Origin: Gekko japonicus
Lineage: Eukaryota
Direction: 5' to 3'
NCBI RefSeq assembly: GCF_001447785.1
Contig: NW_015161963.1
Coordinates: forward strand, 492,885 to 556,884
DNA: 64,000 nt
In this document: positions 37,566-50,429 of the stretch, piece by piece
How the letters are laid out: every line of letters begins with the position of its first letter
Position numbering within the stretch: the first letter of the stretch is position 1
Notes under the pieces: model-generated
What the model was told of the DNA's origin: nothing
The model's input: only the letters and a program-made list of their open reading frames with translations
The model's database searches: none
Program-made: the position numbers and the translations under genes

Positions 37566-38730
37566 TAGGGATGCCAACCTCCAGGTGGGACCTGAGGATC
37601 CCCCAGCATTACAGTTCATCTCCAGACTACAGAGATCAGTTCTCTTGGAGAAAATGGATGCTTTGGAGGGTAGAATGTATGCCACTGTACCCCATTTAGC
37701 TTTCTGTCAATCCCAAGCTCCACCCCCAAGTCTTCAGGAATTTCTCAGCCAGGATCTTGCAACCCTACCCTCCCATCCCCTGTCGGGGGCGGCGGGGGCT
37801 GGCAACCCTATGTAAGAAGGATTCTCTGTTTGATTTTCATACTTCTCTGAAGAAGTGAGTGGTGACTTATGAAAGGTCAGATAGAAATTAATGTTGTTAG
37901 CGTTTTCGGTGCCACTGGACTTTTGTTTTATCATGGAGCTAGAGGCAACATATGTTGGATTTCCTGGAGGTCTTTTATTTGACCAGACAACAAGGTTGCT
38001 GCACAAACCTTACCCCCTCTTAAACCCTTTGACTAGGGTTGACAACTCTAGCTTGGGAATATTCTGGTGATTTGGGGGTAATGTCTGGGATGGGCAGAGC
38101 TTGGGGAGGGGAGGAAGCTTAATGGGAATGTGGTGGGGTTGCCAACCTTCAGGTAGAGGCTGGAGGTCCAGACAATAAAGATCAGTTCCCCTGGATAAAA
38201 TGGCTGCTTTGGAAGGTGGACTCGTTGGCATTATACTCTGCTGAGGCTTTTCCCCAGACTCCACCCCCAAATCTCCAGGTATTTTGCAAAAGGGAGTTGG
38301 CAGCACTAGTCATGGTTGGTCAAAGGTCAGTTCCTTCAACGCCTTCCCTTTCTGTGAAGTCAATTCCTCCCAAATTAAATCCTTAAATTTTAATTTCTTA
38401 TCTCATAGGACAATCGAACTCTCAGCATTGTCTTCAGTTTTCTTCTCAGTCTTAATGAGAAAAATCTAGTCTGAAGACTGGAAAGACATCCTGTCCCTCT
38501 CTTAATTCCCAACAAGCTTCTTCCCAACAAACATTAGTGTAGAGTTGCCAACCTCTTGGTGGGGCCTGGTGATCTCCCACAATTAGAACTGATCTCTAGA
38601 CTACATAGATTAGTTCTCCTGAAGAAAATGACTGCTTTGTAGGGTGGACTCTGTGGCATTGTAAACCGATGAAGACTCTCCACTCTCCAGGACCCACTAC
38701 TAAATCCCCAAGAAATTCCCAACCCAGAGT
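37566..38730. mobile_element. Cluster of older TAGGGTTGCCA-ended (hAT Blackjack-like) MITEs at ~37566-37810, ~38034-38308 and ~38540-38730, with a Penelope-like remnant at ~37844-37930
   Basis: Degenerate TIRs, shared GATCAGTTCCCCTGGAGAAAATGGCTGCTTTG-like core, no intact TSDs. Confidence 0.65.
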
Positions 38731-39894
38731 TTTCTTTACAGGGGGTAATGATATATCAGTTTCTCATAGTCTCTGTGGTATACCACAAGATACACGGAAG
38801 TCCTAGAACATCTACTCTCTGTAGCTGCTCTAGGACTTCAATTTCTCTCAGAAGCTGGTTCCTCCTGGTAAACTGATCTTTATAGTTTGGAGATCAGTTT
38901 TAACCAGTCTGACTTCTTCAGTTGTGATGGGGTCTCCAGAATTTTGAGGGCAGCAAGAAAGCAGGATGGATCCTGGGCAGCACAGGAATAGGTGTGTGCC
39001 TTTCTGGTTTGCAAGTGCTGCCAGGATCACTTCAAGGAAGGCTATGCAGGCACTTCCTGCCTTGGATGGATCTCAGGTTACACAACAGAAGAAGGATGCT
39101 TTCTTTGCTGCCACCCATCCAGATCTATCCAAGATGCACTGCCAAGGAACTCCTTCTGCCTTGGATGATCCTGGGCAGCATGAGAGGAGTAAACATAAGA
39201 AGGCAGCTAAACTGTTGACAGGGGTTAAGCATCTTAGAAGCATTACCCTAAATTTAAGAGAGTTTCCCTGGTTTACAATTTGCTTCTATGTTCAACTCAA
39301 GGTGCTGGAATTAACTTCTAAAGCATTTCATTACCTGGTTGAGACCCTTGTGTCTGTGGGACCATCTCCACCCATATGTGCCCTCAAGGCAGCTCCAACC
39401 ATCAGATCAGATTATTAGTAGTTTCTCCACTCAAATAAGTGAGACTGCAGTTATCTACTTGGGTGCTGGCATTCTTGGCGGCAACTCCTGAGTTACCGAC
39501 AGGCTTTCTGAGGATGTGAGGAAAGTCCCAACTTGACAGACATTTCAGAGGTTCTGTAAAGTAAAGCTTTTCCACTGTACTTTTGATCGTTTGTGAGAGG
39601 AGGTTACAGTCTGCTTCTTTTAAGGTATATTTCTTTTGAAGTGAGATTGTAGTCAGTGTTAATTTAAACCACATTTAAATCCATTTACTTTTAATTTGCA
39701 GCCACACCCTCATTGACAAGGTTAGGTAATTGTCAGCAATACACATTTCAGAACTGAGTCTGTTACTGTGTATTTCCACCACAAAGATTGTTAGACAAAG
39801 TGGCTGGCTAATGATTCAAAACCAGGACCACAGATTGCCACTACCTTATAAAGACATGTGGTGGCAGCAGAGAACAAGAGGTACTTGAAGTAAA

Positions 39895-39990
39895 GAGAAC
39901 AAAGTTTGAATTCAGTGGCACCTTTAAGACCAACAAAGTTTAATTCAAGGTATAACTTTCATGTGCAAGCACACTTCTTCAGATACAGAC
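39895..39990 (-). mobile_element. Penelope-like pseudo-LTR remnant with a degenerate hammerhead core
   Basis: CAGTGGCACCTTTAAGACCAAC motif. Minus strand reads GTAT-CTGAAGA-A-GTGTGC TT GCACAT-GAAAGTT-ATAC. Confidence 0.65.
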
Positions 39991-40916
39991 AACAGAATCT
40001 CTTCAGACATTACATATAGGGGGTGGGGGGTGGTTGTCAGGAGGACCAGTTAGAGTCAAGATGTATAAGAACTGGGTGATTGTAGCTGAGATTGAATTCA
40101 GGCAAGATTAGTATGCAAATACAAATGTTAATATGTAGATGTAAGAATGATGTTTGAGTCCAGTGGCACCAGCAAGGCAGACAAAGCTCAATACTGGGTA
40201 CGAGCGAGAACTCCTTCGATTCAATGAAACAGATTTCCTCAGATATAACAGGTGTGCGTGGGGGATTTCAGCCATGAAGATGTGAATTGGTTCTTACAGC
40301 AAGTCTGCATGCTAACTGGAATTCTCTGCTGAAGGTTCAGGATTTCATGCTGCAACTATTGAGTGAGGTCCGGCTGCTGTAGAAAATCTTGTAAATATAG
40401 ATCCTACATGACTGTGTGTCAGACTCAGGCCTTTTGAATGGCTATACCTGATGTATTTCAACCGAGTGTAGTCAAAACTGTTATGTTTCTACCCAACATA
40501 ATCATGCCCTGTGTATCCCGTCTACTCCCTGCTCCTAACCATTTGATCTTCTTTGTGGTCTCTGTGCATCACACCCATGGGATTATGCGCCTGTATTGAT
40601 CCGAATCGGTGGTATACAAAGCTCACAACGGGATTTTCGCGCCTCCCTCACTGCGCATGCTCAAAGAGGTGGGGAGGTGACACCCTGCCAGTTCTCTTCT
40701 GACCGCCGCGCTGTTAACAGCTTGTTTCTGCCGGTCGGTGAAGAAGCATTTGTTTATCTCACAAGGGATTTCTAAATCCGTTTTTCTTAACTTTAAAGAC
40801 TTTTTAAAAAATTGAGGGTCGCCGTTACCTCACAGCTTCCCACCCCCCCACCCCGAGGTAAATTTTCTTCACCTCACCTGAGGGCTCCTTTCTTTTTGTG
40901 CCGTTCTGTATTTTTT

Positions 40917-43190
40917 ATGGCCAAAAAGTGGGGGTGTTTTAAACGGTGTGTCGGCTGCGGCAGTAAACTTGCCCTCAGTGACAGCCACACACTGTGTATT
41001 CTCTGCCTTGGAGAAACCCATCGTCTGGAGACTTGTCGCCAGTGCTTGAAGTTCTCCAATCCGACCCATAAAAACAGGGCCACGAGACTTTGGGTGGCAC
41101 TTTGGGAGTCCGCATTGGCTCCGTTGCTGGGCAAAAAGATGTCTGCTGAGACCCCATCAGACTCTTAACCGACGGCGCCTCCATCAACATCGGATGACAC
41201 TTCGACATCAGTCCCACTGCACCATTCTAAATTGGCATCCGATGTGGGGCTGTCTTCATCCAAATGCTCAGCTATGAACGAGGCTTCCTCCTGCCTCAAC
41301 GCTCGCTAAGAAAAAGAAGAGGGATAAGCACAATACAGAGAAGTCTCTGAAGTCTTATCTTAAAAAGACCGCGCATAAGTCTCACGATCAGAGTGGCGTT
41401 GGCGTGCAAATGGGCTCTGCATTACCCCCTCCTACGCGGGCGCAACCCAATATCGATAACCCTCCTGTGCTCGAGCTGCCTGGGATGCAACAACTACCTC
41501 CAACTGAGATGCTGGACTCGCCCATTTGGCAGCCAAACCCCCCAGTATCGGAGGTCTCTATGGACACTAGACCCATTTCCAGAGTTGATTAGGTCATCCC
41601 ACACCGATCTCAGAGAGATCGTTCTCCGTCAGCATCATCGTGGGCTAGCGATCGATCTAGACCGGACTCTTGTTACCATTGTACTCGATCTAGATCCCCT
41701 CGGCATGGGGAACATCGATATCGATCAGAGGAGTGTTCTGAATACGGTTGTTCCAGATCCAGGCTCTCCTATTCGCCCAGGCGGGAGTTAAGACCGCACT
41801 CCCTGACCTACTTTGAACCACTTGTCCCGCCTCCGTGGGGCCATCAGCAGCACATGCCTTATTGGTTCAGCTCATATCCAGTCTCGACATCAATGCCATG
41901 GCTGACACCGAGGCAACAGTCGGACTGGGATCGTGGGTCACGTCGTTCACGTTCTCCCCAATGTAAATCCAAGCCTTCCACGTCTCTCTCTAAACCTCCG
42001 GAAGAACCTCATTGCCTGCCCTCTCCTTTCCATTCCGCCCCTGCTTTACCATCGCAGACCACACCGATATTGGACACGACTACCCGAAGGGCTGATGTAT
42101 CCTTGTTACCGACACTGGAGTCGCCTTCCGGATCCTCCAACTCCAATTCTGGTGCTGAGGACTCAGATGGGCCCAGTTCAACAGGGGGTCCTTCACCCAA
42201 GCCTACGGTGTCTGACGACCTTCCGATCTCACCTTCAGAAGACCTTTCTTCATACGGAGATTTGGTCAAAAGAATGGCACATTCCTTAGGGCTGTCGATC
42301 GTCCAACCCCAACCGTAAGTGTCGGACGCTGTCTTCAATGTCGTGCAACTCGACACCTCTACAGCAGTTGCCATCCCCATATCGACCATCCTTCTCCAGG
42401 CAGCAAAGACACCATGGGATAAACCATCCTCTGCCCCTGTGTCTTCCAGGTGCCTGGATCAAATGTACAAGGTCCAGGAGGCGGCGGCTGAATTTCTCCA
42501 CATCCATCCTAGACCAAATTCCATGGTCGTGTCCTCTTCTGCTAAGAGTAAAAATACCCATGCTACACCTTCTGATAAGGAGGGGGGAAAGTTGGATTCA
42601 TTTGGCCAATGTTTTTATTCAGCTGGAGCTCTAGGAATTAAAATGTCGAATTATATTGCTTGCATGGGCCATTATGAATACTTGCGCTTTACCGATCTCT
42701 TGACCTCAGTACCCGATGACAAATGTCAAGAGGCCAGGAAGTTGCAGAAGGAAGGGTTGTTACTTTCTAAGCAAATTATCAATTCTTCCAAACATGCTTT
42801 GGACACGTTCTCCAAGACGATGTCTTCCACAGTTGCCCTCCATAGGCACTCCTGGCTTAGGACCACCTAACTTCCTACCGACACTAGGGCATACATAGAG
42901 GACTTACCTTTTGATGGACAAGGTCTCTTTCATGCTTCGACAGATTCGGCCTTACAAGACATAGACAAGAGCATTAAAGTGTCGTGGTCGTTGGGGGTCT
43001 CTGCCCCTTCTAAACCTTTCAGACCCCGCTCTTGGTCATGTTACAGCTCTAGGCGCCAGTACACTAACCATCACCAGAGGGAGGCTATAGGCCACATCAG
43101 TCCCCTTCTGGGAATAGACAGCAATATCAATCTAGACAACGATATGGCTCTGAACAGCAACATGTCAGACCGAAACCACCCAAACCCACC
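40917..43190 (+). pseudogene. DIRS ORF1 (gag-like) remnant: Cys/His finger FKRCVGC...DSHTLCILCLGETH...CRQC, plus LAP2alpha-like domain (...VALHRHSWL...IEDLPFDG..LF)
   Basis: Motifs typical of vertebrate DIRS ORF1, broken by stops and frameshifts. Confidence 0.8.
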
Positions 43191-43199
43191 AAACAGGAC

Positions 43200-44115
43200 C
43201 TTTGACTTCCGCCTGTCTACCTCTTCCGACTCTACCCGCCTCCATCCCTATCTACATGCCTGGACCACCATTACGTCGGACCAATGGGTCCTTTCCATCT
43301 TGACCAGTGGTTATTCCATCGAATTTCTGGAATTCACACCTCTCCCTGTAGTCATCATCACGCCCCCATCGTCATTCCTCCTCAAAAAAGTTGCCACGCT
43401 TCTATCGAAGGGTGCCATAGAACCTGTGCCTCTAGACCACCAGGGCCTTGGTTTTTATTCCCGGTACTTCATGGTACCCAAAAGGGATGGTAGGCAGAGG
43501 TCGATCTAAGACCTTTGTGGCCTCAACACCTATATACGATACTGGAAATTCAAGATGACATCTGTACTGGTCATTCCACCTCTCCCATGTCCAAGGGTTT
43601 CTAGATGGTCACTCTCAACCTCGAGGATGCCTATTTCCATTTGACCATCCACCCCTCCCATCAAAAATACCTCCAATTTGCGATAGGAGGCAGCCACTAC
43701 CAATACAGGAGTCTACTGTTTGGCCTCAGCACGGCACTGCGGGTCTTCACTAAGATGATGGTGGTTGTTGTGGCTTCTGGTCGCGCCTTCCAGGGCCCTT
43801 CCCATACAGCATGTATCCCAGGCCCTCGATGTCCTTTGTTGCCTTGGTCTCTGGGTCAACCACAAAAAGTCGCAGTTGGTTCCGTCTCAGAGAGTGCAGT
43901 TCATAGGGGCAATACTCGACTCCATGGAAGGCAAAGCTTTCCTGTCCCGGGACAGAGCCCTCACTCTAGCCGCCCTTGCAGAACAGGTTCGGCTACACGA
44001 CACGTCGTCTGCTTTCCACATTCAGCGCCTTCTGGGCCTCATGGCAGCTACGACTGCAGTCCTTCGCTTCGCAAGACTGCAAATGCATCCACTTCAGCTC
44101 TGGTTCCACGAGGTC
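43200..44115 (+). pseudogene. DIRS reverse transcriptase remnant
   Basis: WVLSILTSGYSIEF, GFYSRYFMVPKRDG, LEDAYFH, YQYRSLLFGLSTALRVFTK, LGLWVNHKKS, LLGLMAA. The YxDD segment appears deleted. Confidence 0.88.
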
Positions 44116-44139
44116 CACAAATTCATACTAACAGCTTAT

Positions 44140-44923
44140 TGTGGTAAGAAATATTGAAAGATGGAAGTGTTTGGGTTTAAAATGAACAAAATAGCTTATG
44201 AAATCCACATATGTATATCTGCCTCTGCTCTTGCTAGCAAAACTGGCTTGACCTTTCTTTCACTGATGATGTAACACATTCAAATTGTCAGGAAGTTCCC
44301 AGGGAAGCTCCACAGATGTGAAACTTGCCAATAACCCCAATTTCCCAGGCCATAAAATATATGACCATTTGGGAAATTGGCAGACTCCAACCCGGCTTTC
44401 ATCTCTCTCTGATAACATCAAAACACAGTGTATTTCCCATGATTGGGAAACACCTGGACAACACGCTGTATTGATCCTTTGGAATGTGACCTTTCGTTGT
44501 GTGAGACCAAGGGAGGGAAACCACTTTCCTCAAAGACAAATTCAATTTCTAAGTGTTAAATTTTAACTGCAATCCAATTATTAAGGGATCCCTTTGATCT
44601 CTGGTATAAATATGGGTGGTTCACAACAGACTTCAGCTGAATCCGAAAGGATTCAGTTAGAGAGGGCCTCTCGAGCGCATGCATGGGGTGGGGAAAACTC
44701 TGCTGAATGTTTATTTCTGTGTGTATTCTATCAATGTTTAGGAAACTAGGGACTCTGAATGTTTTTCTATAATAAAGATAAGTTTTATTTTAAGAAGAGA
44801 CTAGTGAATTCCAAGCTTGCACTTCTGCCTTTGGTAAGGGGCAACACTCAGGAGACACACACGAACTGAGGGGGAGGGAATGTGGGTGACATGGGTAAAC
44901 ACGCTTTTACAAACACGTGCCAC
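44140..44923 (+). mobile_element. Probable LTR inserted in the DIRS element
   Basis: Starts TGTGG, ends ...GCCAC at the gap edge (would give CCACA), TATAAA near 44605, AATAAA near 44771. Confidence 0.55.
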
Positions 44924-46369
44924 NNNNNNNNNNNNNNNNNNNNNNNNNNNNNNNNNNNNNNNNNNNNNNNNNNNNNNNNNNNNNNNNNNNNNNNNNNNNN
45001 NNNNNNNNNNNNNNNNNNNNNNNNNNNNNNNNNNNNNNNNNNNNNNNNNNNNNNNNNNNNNNNNNNNNNNNNNNNNNNNNNNNNNNNNNNNNNNNNNNNN
45101 NNNNNNNNNNNNNNNNNNNNNNNNNNNNNNNNNNNNNNNNNNNNNNNNNNNNNNNNNNNNNNNNNNNNNNNNNNNNNNNNNNNNNNNNNNNNNNNNNNNN
45201 NNNNNNNNNNNNNNNNNNNNNNNNNNNNNNNNNNNNNNNNNNNNNNNNNNNNNNNNNNNNNNNNNNNNNNNNNNNNNNNNNNNNNNNNNNNNNNNNNNNN
45301 NNNNNNNNNNNNNNNNNNNNNNNNNNNNNNNNNNNNNNNNNNNNNNNNNNNNNNNNNNNNNNNNNNNNNNNNNNNNNNNNNNNNNNNNNNNNNNNNNNNN
45401 NNNNNNNNNNNNNNNNNNNNNNNNNNNNNNNNNNNNNNNNNNNNNNNNNNNNNNNNNNNNNNNNNNNNNNNNNNNNNNNNNNNNNNNNNNNNNNNNNNNN
45501 NNNNNNNNNNNNNNNNNNNNNNNNNNNNNNNNNNNNNNNNNNNNNNNNNNNNNNNNNNNNNNNNNNNNNNNNNNNNNNNNNNNNNNNNNNNNNNNNNNNN
45601 NNNNNNNNNNNNNNNNNNNGTGTGATGCACAGAGACCACAAAGAAGATAAACGGGTTGCTTACCTGTAACTGGTGATCTTCGAGTGGTCATCTGTGCAGT
45701 CACACCACCCGCCCTTCCTTCCCCACTGCTGTTGCTTCAGTATTTTATCTGGTTATTGACATGACAGCGGTCAGAAGGAACTGGCGGGATGTCTGCGCCC
45801 CACCTCTTTGGGCATGTGCAGTGGGGTACCTGCGCATGCCTGGGAGGGAGGTACGAAAATCCCGTTGTGAGCTTTGTATACCACCAATTCGGATCAGCAC
45901 AGGCACATAATCCCATGGGTGTGACTGCACAGATGACCACTCGAAGATCACCAGTTACTGGTAAGCAACCTGGTTTTTTTATTCTTCGTTCTTATAACTT
46001 GCCCTCGCCTGCCATTGCATTCATGGGGTGCGGGGAGTGCCTGTAGTTTAAGGAGGCCAGCTTTGGTAATTCTTCCCATGGAGCCTCAAGAGACATCGTT
46101 TCACACGGGAGATGTCCTTGAAGTAGAGTCTGTACTTGGCTAGTGATAGACCGTATATCTCTCATGGTCTTTGTAGTAGCGCTGATGTGTATGAATGGAA
46201 TGTTGGGATTGTGACTATATTCTGTTTTCCCGCCTCTGTGCCCCATCCTGACAAAGAGTTTGAACCCATGAACATTTCAAATCTCCAAATAAACTTTTCC
46301 TTATAGAAAGTGTGTGTGGAGACTGATTTGACTGAGAACCTGACACTGTGCTGTGACCTTTATTACACC

Positions 46370-46541
46370 CAGGGCTCTTTAACTCCTTTGCATATTAGGC
46401 CACACATGCCTGATGTAGCCAGTCCTCCAAGAGCTTACAGTAGCCCCTGTAAGAAGAGCTCTGTAAGCTCCTGGAGGATTGACTACACTAGGGGTGTGTG
46501 TCCTAATATGAAAAGGAGCTCCTGCTACAAAAAGAGCCCTG
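46370..46541. mobile_element. Palindromic CAGGGC-ended MITE
   Basis: The whole element folds back (CAGGGCTCTTT...AAAGAGCCCTG). TSD imperfect. Confidence 0.7.
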
Positions 46542-46609
46542 ATTTACACCCATTATTTTTTTCCCATCAGAATGGCTTTGTAAGACATCTGCTGCTATTT
46601 TAATACACT

Positions 46610-47038
46610 CAGGGCTTTTTTTGTAGAAAAAGCCCAGCAGGAACTCATTAGCATAATAGGCCACACCCAACAACAGAAACTCATTAGCATATCCAGCCAC
46701 ATCCAACAACAGAAACTCATTAGCATATCCAGCCACACCCATGAGAGCATAGCTCATTAGCATATTAGGCTGCACCCCCATGTTACCAGAAGTGTCGACA
46801 TCCAGCCACACCCACCTTTTGCTTCTTATTCTGTTTACCTTGTTTGTTGTCAAAACCTAGGGCTTTTTTTGTAGCAGGAACTCCTTTGCATGTTAGGCCA
46901 CACCCCTAATGTAGCCAATCCTAATGAGTCTCTGATATCGGGTGTGGCCTATTATGCTAATGAGTTCTTGCTGGGTGTGGTCAACTTGGGAGCCAGCCGG
47001 AACTCCGTTCCTGTGCGTTCCTGCCCCAAAATAGCCTG
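46610..47038. mobile_element. hAT MITE rich in CTCATTAGCATA and GCCACACCC motifs
   Basis: CAGGGCTTTTTT...AAAATAGCCTG ends, perfect 8-bp TSD AATACACT. Confidence 0.85.
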
Positions 47039-47853
47039 AATACACTTACAATGCAGTCCTAAACAGAGTGATACTCTTCTAAGACTATCACACTCAATGG
47101 GCTGTCAATTACCAATGGACTGGGGAAATCCCAGTCCTAGACAGAGATCTTTTCTGATGGCCCCCTCACCAATTCTCCTGAGGGATATTTTCAGTGCAAT
47201 TGTGAGGCTAGTGGTGGCCATGGCAGCAGAATACCAGCAGAACTCTAAGATATGCCATCCTAATGCTTTGTCAGCTCCCTGAGCGCTTTCGCCTCCAAGC
47301 CTCAGGATATAACTGAGGCCACAACTCAAGCCACCTTGGTCCAGGAATGTATTAGAGCACTAAACAAGAGTACACAGGCCATTCCCTTAAAGGGTTAATC
47401 ATGTCTGTTGCATTCTGCGGGATATTGCCATCTGCATATGTTTGCAAGACTTTACAAGGTCCACACTTTATGCCAGTAAAGGCTGACTTGAACTAGAACA
47501 AGGTCCACACTTTCTCCTCAGCAGATGATAGCTTTGAAGAACAGTCTTGCAAAGGGTGCTTTACAAATCAGGATTAATGATTCATCCAGAAACCCAGCCA
47601 TTCAGTGTACTATGATTCTATACCTGAATGCCCTACTGTCTCCATGCGATTTAAAAACAACAGACACCATTATTTCTGTGAATTCCTATTCCTAGAGGAG
47701 ACAAGAGAATATTCAACTCGTCCTTTTTAACTTCTACAGGGATCAGTTTTTCCTTCTCAGTGACAGACAATAATGTGAGGAACTAAGGCTGGATAATTGC
47801 AATCAATCCTACTCAACCATTCACTGACTAAACCCATTTTCCACTGTTGTTGG

Positions 47854-48057
47854 CAGTGTTCCCTCTAAGCTGAGTTAGTGTGAGCTAGCTCACAGTTTTT
47901 TAGCCTCCGGCTCACACATTTGTCTTAGCTCAGGAAGGATGGCTCCAGAGCAAATTAAGTTATGCAGCAGCCAAATCGCTCACTCACAGCTTTAATGCCA
48001 GTAGCTCACAAAGTAGAATTTGTGCTCACAAGACTCCACAGCTTAGAGGGAGCACTG
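47854..48057. mobile_element. hAT MITE (CAGTGTTCCCTCTAAGCTG family). Partial copy also at ~55936-56085.
   Basis: TIRs; TSD GTTGTTGG / GTTGCTGG (7/8). Confidence 0.9.
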
Positions 48058-48298
48058 GTTGCTGGTGTACTTAAATTTCCTTTGCCATGTTAATGTGGGT
48101 TCTTTCATTTTTGTCTCCTTATAGTTTGACTGCATCCACATGTTGATGGAGGTTACAACTGTGTTATAGCAATAATTTGCAACTGGATTGTGTTGTCTAC
48201 ATAGGAAAATTCAGTTGTGAATGCACCCTACGTGGGAGCTACCTTTGAAAATACTCCAGAAGCTTCAATTGGTACAAAATGCAGTGACAATCTTGTGG

Positions 48299-48415
48299 AG
48301 GGACCATGGCTCAGTGGTAGACCATCTGTTTGGTGTGCAGAAGGTCCCAGGTTCAATCCCCTGGTATTTCCAGCCGAAATGTCCAGGTAGTAAGTGATGG
48401 GAAAGACCTTCTCAT
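48299..48415 (+). mobile_element. tRNA-derived SINE 5' part. Related copy on the minus strand at ~57960-58135.
   Basis: TGGCTCAGTGGTAGA A box and GGTTCAATCCC B box, followed by non-tRNA sequence. Confidence 0.7.
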
Positions 48416-48715
48416 AAGATCCTAGTGTGGAACACGAACTGTGTCCCTGGTTGTGTTTCCCAACCCAATTTGAGAAAACACATGAAACAGTCCTGTAGAG
48501 AAGAAACACTAAAAAAAAATATTAATTAATAAAGGGAGAGCACAGGTACACAAAGTTTTGGGACCCTTGAATACCCACCAGCTTCTCCGAAGTTACAATG
48601 GGTGACATAGCATTTTATACTCGATATGACATAAACAAGCAAAGCATATCTATTGGTTCCATTATACTTTGTCATAAATTTCTAATTGGGCTCTAACAGT
48701 ATCTATGTTACTGAT

Positions 48716-49090
48716 TAGGGCTGCCAAGTCCCCCCGGGGGGGCCGGGATTCCCCCATTAAAAGGGCCCCCAATCCGTCGGTCCAGGTCCGGCCAGTGGGG
48801 GGAACCCCACCGTCGAAGTGGCCAGATCGGGCCGATGTGCCCGGCATGATGTCGTCGCCCATAAGTGATGTCATCACGCTGGGCACGTTCCTGGGCGATG
48901 CTCTAGCAATCACCCTAAAAACTCTATGGTACCATACAGTTTTCAGGCCAGTTGCTAGAGCGTTGCCCGGCGAGGTGCCCAGCGTGATGATGTCACTTCC
49001 AGGCAACATCATTGCAGTGTGCACGCGCGAATGTCCCAGAATGTGACCAACTCTCCCCTGCTTATTTTGGTGAGTCACTTGGCAACCCTA
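48716..49090. mobile_element. Young hAT (Blackjack-like) MITE with internal palindrome
   Basis: TAGGGCTGCCAAGT / ACTTGGCAACCCTA, perfect TSD TTACTGAT, CpG-rich. Confidence 0.93.
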
Positions 49091-50429
49091 TTACTGATAT
49101 CATTACAGGGTGCTATTGTTCTCCATTTAGCTAGGCTAACTGGCACCAGAAACATCCGCAGTTACAGCCGGCTAGCCAAGGCCATAAGCCTTAGCAGAAT
49201 AACGGCATGTCAGCATTTCTATCCTCCCAGCATGCATTTAAACAATAGCCATAAATGAACCAAAGTTAATATCTGAATACATGTTCATGGTTGATTTCCG
49301 TTTATGTGGTTAGAATAATAAATGGCGCTTAACATATATATTTATATATCATGGAAGTGCTAAGTGTACCTACTAAGTTCACCTGTTAGTCAGTGGCAGA
49401 ATACAAAATGTATACCAGTGCTTCATAAACTGTGTGTACAACACTAGAGAGCCGCTACCAGTCTAAATATACAATGCCAATCTTGATGGACCAGCGGTTT
49501 GATTCAGTATAAAGCAAATTTATGTGTTCAGTATTGCTGACTGATTCAAGTTATAGGGAATGCTGTTTGTTTATCTCTCTCCAGATTGAATGTCAGTCTG
49601 CTTCTGGACCCAATTCAAAATGCCAGTTATTATCTTTTAAAGTCCTAATTGTCCTGGGATCAGGGCAGGTAAAGTATTGGCTGTTGTGTATGGCTGTCTG
49701 CCAGCTGAAGTTATCTTTGGAGCCCTGATTCCAAGTGCTCCTTCCTTTTAAAGTGAGATGGGGAGCCACAAGGGACAGGGCCTAATTCTGCCTTAGTGGA
49801 CTCAACACACCACTTCAGACTGCAAGTGGAGAATCATGGAGGGATTACATTTTGAGATGCTTCCCTATTTTAAACACTCCCTGCAGCAAGAAACCCAGCC
49901 ACATCAACAAGCTGAGGAGGACAGAGTTTTTCCTTCTGCTATTCTATTTGTCTCTCTGCAGTGAGGTTTTTGTGCAAAGAAGCATTCACAGCTGAAATCT
50001 CCTGTCTGCAGTCTGAATTATTGCAGTTCATTTGCTCAGTGTTCTGTCACCTCCTTCTTCTACATTTGTGAAGCAGGTCTTAGGTGCATTTTAAGGCAAT
50101 TAATTTCAATTTTAAGACTGTCTGACTCTACACAGAACGGAATGTGTGTCTCATGGAGTTTAGAGATTATTCCCAAGTAAATATGTACAGAATTGCAGCC
50201 ATGGGCATGCTTAAAATGTACTTATTTCAGTGGGATCTGAGGCCACAATCCGTTTCTTGGTAGCAAGTCTTATAGAACACAGTAAGACTTATCCTGAGTA
50301 AAGAGTAAACATGCCTAACTGCATAGAAGCCACAGTTCCTAACAGAGTGATTGCAGTTTTTCAAACAATGCTTTTGGAGACAGATAAAAGTAATATGTTT
50401 GGAAACCCAAACGTACAGGATTAATGAAA

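Larger units (their letters stand above)
40542..45976 (+). mobile_element. DIRS1-type (tyrosine recombinase class) retrotransposon, decayed
   Basis: Left ITR ~40546-40710 is inverted to right ITR ~45767-45970. Internal complementary region 45620-45706 matches both outer ends. Gag-like and RT remnants lie inside. Confidence 0.92.

Noticed and set aside
46640-46780. CRISPR-like repeat-spacer pattern
   Set aside because: Eukaryotic context, spacers are not unique, and it lies inside a TSD-flanked MITE
48299-48375. tRNA gene (similar heads at 26252 and 53149)
   Set aside because: A and B boxes are present, but there is no closed acceptor stem and the sequence continues as SINE body
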